Shown one piece after another: positions 58,249 through 64,000 of a stretch of DNA of 64,000 nt. The notes below the pieces were generated by a model. It saw only the letters and a program-made list of their open reading frames with translations. It did no database searches and was not told the origin of the DNA. Origin of the DNA: Candidatus Latescibacterota bacterium (GTDB lineage Bacteria; Latescibacterota; UBA2968; UBA8231); NCBI GenBank assembly GCA_965203355.1, contig OZ241889.1, positions 2,464,001 through 2,528,000 on the forward strand, read 5' to 3'. How positions within the stretch are numbered: the stretch's first letter is position 1; each line of letters opens with the position of its first letter. The translations under genes and the position numbers were made by a program.

Positions 58249-59484
58249 ATGTTGGATCTGTACGCGGTAAAGACCCAAATAGACAGCATGGTGGCCGACG
58301 AGCGCCGCGTCCAAGAGGACTTTCGCTCCAAGCTCGAATTGGCCTTGGCCGAATACCGGCGCTGGCTTCCCGAATGGGAGCGCTTAGCCCGCAAGATCGA
58401 CGAGAGCCGCACCTCTTGGCTGTTGCCCGGCTTGGACGAGGGCTTTGGTGGTGGGATCGACGCGCCCGCCCGCCCGAGCACCATCAGCATCGCCGCCACG
58501 GATGGCTCGCAAATTTTTCCCGACCGCCACGAGATCTCGGCCTGTTTTCTGATCAATATCGGCTACATCCTGCTGCACTATGGCACGGGCGAGAAGCCGC
58601 TGATGAGCAGCAAGCCGTGGCTCTACTACCGGGAGGAGGAAGTTTACGAGGAATGGGGCGGCGCCCGGGTTTTTGTCAATCGCGAGCTCGTGGGCTTCAA
58701 GCGCGGTCTCATGGAGTTCACTGAGTTGGCCGACTTGGCGTTGGCCGCCCACGCCGAGGGGCATCGGACGCTGGCGCTCGCCGATGGTACGCTGATTCTA
58801 TGGAACTTGGAGGGCAAGCCGCAGGACTTCCGCGCCATGCACCTAGCGGCCACGATCGCGGCGATGGACGGGTTGCGCGAGGCGCGGGTGCCGGTGGCTG
58901 GCTACATTAGCCAGCCGGGGAGCCAAGAATTGATCAATGCCCTCAAGCTGGGCCTGTGCCCGCTTGCCGCGGCCAACTGCGACCGCTGCCCCTATCAGGA
59001 AGAAAACCAACTTCACTACACCCGCGAGGAGATCGACGCCTTGAACGGGGATTTGTGGCAGGGCCGCGGCTTGCCGTGCAGTCCCCTTGAGGGGCTCAAC
59101 GACGCGGTCTTGGTGCGGCGAGTGCTGCGCCCCGGGCAGCGCACCCCGCTCTACCGCAGCGCATCCAAAATCCTCGCCGAGTACGGGCCGCATCGCATCT
59201 ACTACTTTTACCTGCACGTAGGAACCGAGATCGGCCGGGTCGAAGTGCCGGAATGGGTGGCGACCGACCGCGAGTTGCTCGGCTTGGTCCACGCCTGTTT
59301 GTGCGACCAAGCCGAAAAGGGCCAGGGCTATCCGGTCGCCTTGGCCGAGGCACACGAGCGCGCTGTGGTGCGCAGCGCCGACCGCGAGGCGTTCTATCGC
59401 TTTTTGCGCGACACCTTTGTCAAAAACGACCTGCAAACCCGCTTGTCAACCAAGAGTTTCAAGAAGCGCCATATTGGCATTTAG
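58249..59484 (+). CDS. nurA: NurA-family 5'-3' nuclease
   Basis: AATDGSQ, LADGTLILW, RVEVPEW, GYPVALAEAHERAVV. Confidence 0.88.
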   Translation: MLDLYAVKTQIDSMVADERRVQEDFRSKLELALAEYRRWLPEWERLARKIDESRTSWLLPGLDEGFGGGIDAPARPSTISIAATDGSQIFPDRHEISACFLINIGYILLHYGTGEKPLMSSKPWLYYREEEVYEEWGGARVFVNRELVGFKRGLMEFTELADLALAAHAEGHRTLALADGTLILWNLEGKPQDFRAMHLAATIAAMDGLREARVPVAGYISQPGSQELINALKLGLCPLAAANCDRCPYQEENQLHYTREEIDALNGDLWQGRGLPCSPLEGLNDAVLVRRVLRPGQRTPLYRSASKILAEYGPHRIYYFYLHVGTEIGRVEVPEWVATDRELLGLVHACLCDQAEKGQGYPVALAEAHERAVVRSADREAFYRFLRDTFVKNDLQTRLSTKSFKKRHIGI

Positions 59485-59495
59485 GGAGGCCCATT

Positions 59496-60152
59496 GTGGA
59501 GACCATCAAAGCGCGCGAGCGCAGCCCGTTGAGCCGCTTCCGGCCTGAGTCCCTGCCGCTGCCTAGCGACGCCGAAGACGAGCGGACCCACGTGGGGGAA
59601 GTGGTCGAGAGCAGCACCACCGAGTTGATCGCCCAAGCGCGCGCGCTGCACGGTGCCCCCTCCTTTGGCCAGCTCGTGCGCGTGGAAGCCGCCATGCCGG
59701 TGGTCGGCATTGTATTCAATGTTTTTACGCACTCCATTGAGCCGAACCGCCGGCCCACGGCCTACGGCAAGACCGAAGAGGAACTGCGCCTAGAGCAGCC
59801 GCAAATTTTCGAACTGTTGCGCACCGAGTTCCAAGCCCTCGTCATCGGCTACTTGGACGGCGATGAGGCCGTGCAAATTTTGCCGCCCCAGCCGGCGCAC
59901 ATTCACAGTTTTGTGTACTTGTGCTCAGACGAGCAAGTGCGGGCCTTCACGCGCACTGACGACTATCTGCGCAGCATTCTCAACACGGCCAAAATACCCA
60001 CTGACGAGCTGGTGGTCGCGGTGTTGCGCCACACGGTGCGCGCCCATGCACACGCGCCGTCCTATCTGGTGCAGATGGGCAAGGAGTTGTCGCGACTGCT
60101 CAGCGACGATTACGATCGGCTCAGCTCGATTATCCGCCGGGTGGTCAACTAA
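59496..60152 (+). CDS. Stand-alone HAS-barrel domain protein
   Basis: VGEVVESSTTELIAQ..PSFGQLVRV, PPQPAHIHSFVY; lies between nurA and herA; GGGAGG RBS with GTG start. Confidence 0.7.
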   Translation: METIKARERSPLSRFRPESLPLPSDAEDERTHVGEVVESSTTELIAQARALHGAPSFGQLVRVEAAMPVVGIVFNVFTHSIEPNRRPTAYGKTEEELRLEQPQIFELLRTEFQALVIGYLDGDEAVQILPPQPAHIHSFVYLCSDEQVRAFTRTDDYLRSILNTAKIPTDELVVAVLRHTVRAHAHAPSYLVQMGKELSRLLSDDYDRLSSIIRRVVN

Positions 60153-60154
60153 CC

Positions 60155-61837
60155 ATGGCAAAACACGCGCACAACCGAGTGCCCGCCGCGCCCGGTCGCG
60201 GAAAGCAGATTGGGGTCATTACCAAAGGCTCGCTAGTCGAGGGGCTGGAGATGAAGCTGGACCCCGAGCAGAATGTCGAGGATATGAAGGCCGGCAAATT
60301 CGTGGTCATCGAGGGCGACAAAAACGATTTCTTTTCCATGGTCACCGACATGCGCCTCGACGCCAACAACCAAGAGATTCTCCTGCATCCGCCGGGCCAA
60401 GAAGACGCGCTCCTGCGCCAAGTGCTCGCCGGCACCAGCACGTACAACATCGTCTCATTGCGGCCCATGCTGATGATGCCCAAGGACGCGGCCGCCGACG
60501 ACGGCCCGCGCCCGGTCAAAGCCATTCCAAGCCATTTCTCCGAGGTCCAAGAGGCCATGGCCGCCGACGTGGCCAAGATTTTCGGCTGCGAGGGCGACGC
60601 CGAGGGCCGCTATTTCAGCATCGGCAACCCGCTCGACATGGACACGCAGGTCTGCCTCGACATGATCCGCTTTGCCGAGCGCTCCAACGGCATCTTTGGC
60701 AAGACCGGCACGGGCAAGTCCTTCCTGACGCGCTTGGCACTGTGCGGGCTGATTCACTACGACAAGGCCGTCAACCTAATCTTCGACATGCACAACGAGT
60801 ACGGGTTTAAGGCCATGAAGGAAAACGGCTCCACCACGACGTTCGTCAAGGGCCTCAAACAGCTTTTTGGCGAGCGGGTGGCGATTTTTTCCCTAGACCC
60901 GCAATCGACCCGCGCGCGCGGCGTGCAGCCGGATCACGAGGTCTATATCTCCTACGACCAGATCACGGTCGAAGACATTGCCCCGCTGCAAGACGAGCTC
61001 AAGCTCAACCCCACGGCCGTGGAGTCGGCCTATTTGGTGTACGCGATTTACAAGGAGCGCTGGCTGAGTACGCTCTTGAAGTTGGAAGGCCCAGATGTGG
61101 AGGAATTTGCCCGCGAGATCGGCGCACACGCCGGGTCTTTAGTGGCCCTGCATCGCAAGCTCAAGCGGCTGGAAAACTTTCCCTTTATGATCGCCAAGTT
61201 GCGGGACGGCGATGTGGTGGACCGCATCATGGCATATCTCGACAAAGGGATCAACGTGGTGCTGGAGTTCGGGCAGCAGACGAGTATGCTGTGCTATTTG
61301 CTGGTGGCCAACATCATCGCCCGGCGCATCCACGAGATGTACGTCAAAAAGAGCGAGCGCTTCTACGCCACCCAACGCCCGGAAGATCAGCCGCGTCAGC
61401 TTATGATCACCATTGAGGAAGCGCACAAGTTCCTCAACCCCACGGCGGCTAAGCAGACCATCTTTGGCACCATTGCCCGCGAGATGCGCAAGTACTATGT
61501 CTCGCTGTTGGTCGTCGATCAGCGGCCGTCGAGCATTGACGACGAGGTGCTTTCGCAGATCGGTACGCGCATCACAGCCCTGCTCAACGACGAGAAGGAC
61601 ATCCAAGCGGTACTCACCGGGGTCAGCGGCACCGAAGGGCTGCGCAGTGTGCTAGCGAGCCTCGACTCCAAGCAACAGGCCCTGATCATCGGCCACGCCG
61701 TGCCCATGCCGGTGGTGATCAAGACCCGCGACTACGATGCCCAGTTCTACAGCGCGATGGGCTGTATGGACGAGCTGTCGGCCGAGAAACGGCGGGAAAA
61801 GGTGGAGCGGGATGTGGCGGCGTTGTTTGGGGAGTAG
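60155..61837 (+). CDS. herA: HerA-family ATPase/helicase
   Basis: N-terminal HAS barrel, GKTGTGKS, FDMHNEY, IEEAHKF, IAREMRKY, DQRPS. Confidence 0.9.
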   Translation: MAKHAHNRVPAAPGRGKQIGVITKGSLVEGLEMKLDPEQNVEDMKAGKFVVIEGDKNDFFSMVTDMRLDANNQEILLHPPGQEDALLRQVLAGTSTYNIVSLRPMLMMPKDAAADDGPRPVKAIPSHFSEVQEAMAADVAKIFGCEGDAEGRYFSIGNPLDMDTQVCLDMIRFAERSNGIFGKTGTGKSFLTRLALCGLIHYDKAVNLIFDMHNEYGFKAMKENGSTTTFVKGLKQLFGERVAIFSLDPQSTRARGVQPDHEVYISYDQITVEDIAPLQDELKLNPTAVESAYLVYAIYKERWLSTLLKLEGPDVEEFAREIGAHAGSLVALHRKLKRLENFPFMIAKLRDGDVVDRIMAYLDKGINVVLEFGQQTSMLCYLLVANIIARRIHEMYVKKSERFYATQRPEDQPRQLMITIEEAHKFLNPTAAKQTIFGTIAREMRKYYVSLLVVDQRPSSIDDEVLSQIGTRITALLNDEKDIQAVLTGVSGTEGLRSVLASLDSKQQALIIGHAVPMPVVIKTRDYDAQFYSAMGCMDELSAEKRREKVERDVAALFGE

Positions 61838-61838
61838 G
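61759..61838 (+). repeat. 80-bp direct repeat, copy 1 (herA 3' end)
   Basis: GGGCTGTATGGACGAGCTGTCGGC..TTTGGGGAGTAGG is identical to 63864-63943 except for one C/T. Confidence 0.95.
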
Positions 61839-61845
61839 GGCGGCG

Positions 61846-62706
61846 ATGGAGACGTTTTCGAGCGGACAACACACCATCTACCACGGCGATGCAGTCTGTG
61901 TTCTGGAGTCGACTCGGATTCCAGAGGCTAGCATTGACTTGATATTTGCCGATCCACCGTACAATATCGGCAAGAACTTCAATGGGAGGCGAGACAAATG
62001 GCCCAGCGAAAAGGCGTACTGCGCATGGGTATCCCGCTGGCTTGATCTCTGTGTCCGTAAGCTCAAGCCGACTGGCAGCCTGTACTTAATGTGTGCGACA
62101 CAGTGTTTTGCGCCGTTTGATTTGCTCTTGAGCCAACGCCTAGCCATTCTTTCGCGGATTGTCTGGCACTACGACAGCTCCGGAGTTCAAGCAAAGCGAT
62201 ACTTTGGCTCTCTTTGGGAGCCGATATTTCACTGCGTGAAGGATCCTAAGCATTATACTTTTAATGCAGACGACATCCTCGTTGAGGCCAAAACTGGGGC
62301 GCAGCGCAAACTAATTGACTATCGCAAATCGGTTCCTACCCAATACAAGACTAAAAAGGTGCCCGGCAATGCTTGGTACTTTCCACGAGTACGCTATCGG
62401 ATGTCTGAGTACGAAGAACATCCGACGCAAAAGCCGATTGTACTACTAGAGCGCATTATTGCCGCTAGTTCAAACCCTGGAGATGTCATCCTCGATCCAT
62501 TCGCCGGAACATTCACTTCGGCTCGCGCTGCCGCCAATCTCAACCGGAGAAGTACGAGTATTGAGATTGACGAGGACTATCTAAAGATTGGACTTAGACG
62601 GCTCGGATTGGCTACCGAGTACAAGGGAGGTCGTTTACATCAGCCGCTAAAATCCTACGAAGACAGGTATCCCAACGAGTCCCAAAACCTTACACTTTTC
62701 GAGTAA
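61846..62706 (+). CDS. Beta-class DNA adenine methyltransferase, YhdJ-like (type II R-M)
   Basis: FADPPY N-terminal; HPTQKP and LDPFAGTFT C-terminal; KTGAQRKLIDYRK..KVPGNAWYFPRVRY resembles E. coli YhdJ. Confidence 0.92.
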   Translation: METFSSGQHTIYHGDAVCVLESTRIPEASIDLIFADPPYNIGKNFNGRRDKWPSEKAYCAWVSRWLDLCVRKLKPTGSLYLMCATQCFAPFDLLLSQRLAILSRIVWHYDSSGVQAKRYFGSLWEPIFHCVKDPKHYTFNADDILVEAKTGAQRKLIDYRKSVPTQYKTKKVPGNAWYFPRVRYRMSEYEEHPTQKPIVLLERIIAASSNPGDVILDPFAGTFTSARAAANLNRRSTSIEIDEDYLKIGLRRLGLATEYKGGRLHQPLKSYEDRYPNESQNLTLFE

Positions 62707-63860
62707 TGAATCATTCCTTTACTGCTAAAATAATCGAGGAAGTAGGGCGTGAATTTAACGGGCTTGGGAGGACTTTCTTTGAGTTAAGTCCACTTCTTCA
62801 GTATATCAACAAAAAGACAAGATCCGCTAACCGAGGTTCAAAAGCACGAAGTAGTTTTGCCAACCTTTATGCTCTTTACGTCCTGATTGAAGACTACGTG
62901 AACAATGGGTATCTCGAAAAGGGCGACTATGCAGAGTATGAGGGGGCCGACTTTACCCCATTATTGCGCCGGATGCGCGAACTTCCCTTCGGGGCGCGGT
63001 TGCAGAATCACGCGCTCAATAATCGTGCAAATGACGATTTTCACAAGTATTTTCCTGAAGATGATCGACGCCCAATACTTCGAGACGTTTCGAGTCGGAA
63101 ATATTGGATCAATGAGGCATTACTGACTGTCTTTATAGGAGAGCGTAAATACAGCCTTGCCCAAGTAGTACTGCGAGTCATTGACTTTTACGTTGAAACG
63201 AAGCGCACGTCGTTTGCTCAGTTTATTGAAGACTGTGAACGACTGCAGAAAGTAAATGAAAAAGAGAATGATGAAGCAGCAGAATTTATTAGATCGCTGT
63301 TGTCGCCAAAGCGAGATGCTAGACTATTTGAAATAGCGAGTTACGCGATCCTAAAAGCTCATTTTTCGGCAGAAATCGTCTTTATTGGAAAGACTCGCGA
63401 TACTATCGAAAAAGAAGCATTGGAGTTGTTCAAGACAGGACGAACTAATGCTAATGATGGCGGTATTGATTTTGTCATGAGACCGTTGGGTAGGTTTTTT
63501 CAAGTTACAGAAACTCTCGATATAAAAAAATACTTTTTGGACATAGACAAAATAGAGAGGTATCCAATCTCGTTTGTGATTAAGACTACGCTTGAACTCG
63601 ATGAGATTCGCTCGCGCTTAGAAGATGGTGCTAAAGAGCAATATGGAGTGCGTGAGATTGTGCTGCGATATATGGCTGCTATTGAGGAGGTTTTTAACAG
63701 CCCACGATTGATCGCTATTTTGGACGGTTTGGTGCGTCAAGGCCGCGCCACCGAGGTGCTAGACGAAATAATCCGTTGGAGCAAAGTGGAGTTCAATATC
63801 GAAGACGATCTAGATTCTTCTGAGAGTGTCGCTGACGAAGACGAGGATACCAACGATTGA
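62706..63860 (+). CDS. Putative type II restriction endonuclease
   Basis: Translationally coupled (TAATG) to the MTase; AT-rich; RLFEI..GRTNANDGGIDF..FFQVT nuclease-like motif. Confidence 0.75.
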   Translation: MNHSFTAKIIEEVGREFNGLGRTFFELSPLLQYINKKTRSANRGSKARSSFANLYALYVLIEDYVNNGYLEKGDYAEYEGADFTPLLRRMRELPFGARLQNHALNNRANDDFHKYFPEDDRRPILRDVSSRKYWINEALLTVFIGERKYSLAQVVLRVIDFYVETKRTSFAQFIEDCERLQKVNEKENDEAAEFIRSLLSPKRDARLFEIASYAILKAHFSAEIVFIGKTRDTIEKEALELFKTGRTNANDGGIDFVMRPLGRFFQVTETLDIKKYFLDIDKIERYPISFVIKTTLELDEIRSRLEDGAKEQYGVREIVLRYMAAIEEVFNSPRLIAILDGLVRQGRATEVLDEIIRWSKVEFNIEDDLDSSESVADEDEDTND

Positions 63861-63863
63861 AAG

Positions 63864-63943
63864 GGGCTGTATGGACGAGCTGTCGGCTGAGAAACGGCGG
63901 GAAAAGGTGGAGCGGGATGTGGCGGCGTTGTTTGGGGAGTAGG
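63864..63943 (+). repeat. 80-bp direct repeat, copy 2
   Basis: Duplicate of the herA 3' end, starting 4 nt after the REase stop. Confidence 0.95.
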
Positions 63944-64000
63944 AAGTGTTGGTCCATGCGCTCAACACCCCAGACGGCGAAGCCTTCAGTTGTGTTCTCG

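Noticed and set aside
63871-63942. Mini-ORF MDELSAEKRREKVERDVAALFGE
   Set aside because: It is the duplicated herA tail, not an independent gene.
1-64000. tRNA, rRNA, transposase, integrase or prophage genes
   Set aside because: None recognised by eye; tRNAscan-SE or Infernal would be needed to exclude small RNAs.

Overview
A GC-rich bacterial chromosome window. The combination of PNPFN/FlgD-Ig C-terminal domains, cohesin/dockerin-like motifs and PhyH suggests Candidatus Latescibacterota or a relative; this taxonomy is inference. Bases 1-26.3 kb are mostly housekeeping genes: Fe-ADH, cobA/hemD, hemC, glnA, hrcA-grpE-dnaJ-mrp-prmA-aroQ, an rnhB-yraN fusion, pyrC, an ECF ATPase, queA, ispDF, dedA, rplM-rpsI-rpsB-tsf-frr and a UbiA-family gene. 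Bases 26.5-64 kb are accessory. They hold (i) a 1879-aa modular surface protein gene bracketed by ~65-bp inverted repeats, (ii) a candidate N4C methylase/nuclease pair, (iii) a sigma54 locus, (iv) an envelope cluster (discoidin-FlgD, a frameshifted outer-membrane-like protein, TPR, lipoprotein, DUF4159), (v) a STAS-HATPase / STAS-wHTH pair and (vi) nurA-HAS-herA followed by a type II R-M pair inside an 80-bp direct duplication of the herA 3' end. In the sigma54 locus, an apparently cytoplasmic beta-propeller/AAA+ activator sits upstream of tandem enhancer-like repeats, an IHF-like site and a -24/-12 promoter. That promoter would drive a small secreted 8-cysteine peptide, followed by an RNA hairpin and two FG-GAP/FlgD paralogues. 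This locus is the best candidate for an undescribed system. All product calls come from motif recognition by eye; no searches were run.
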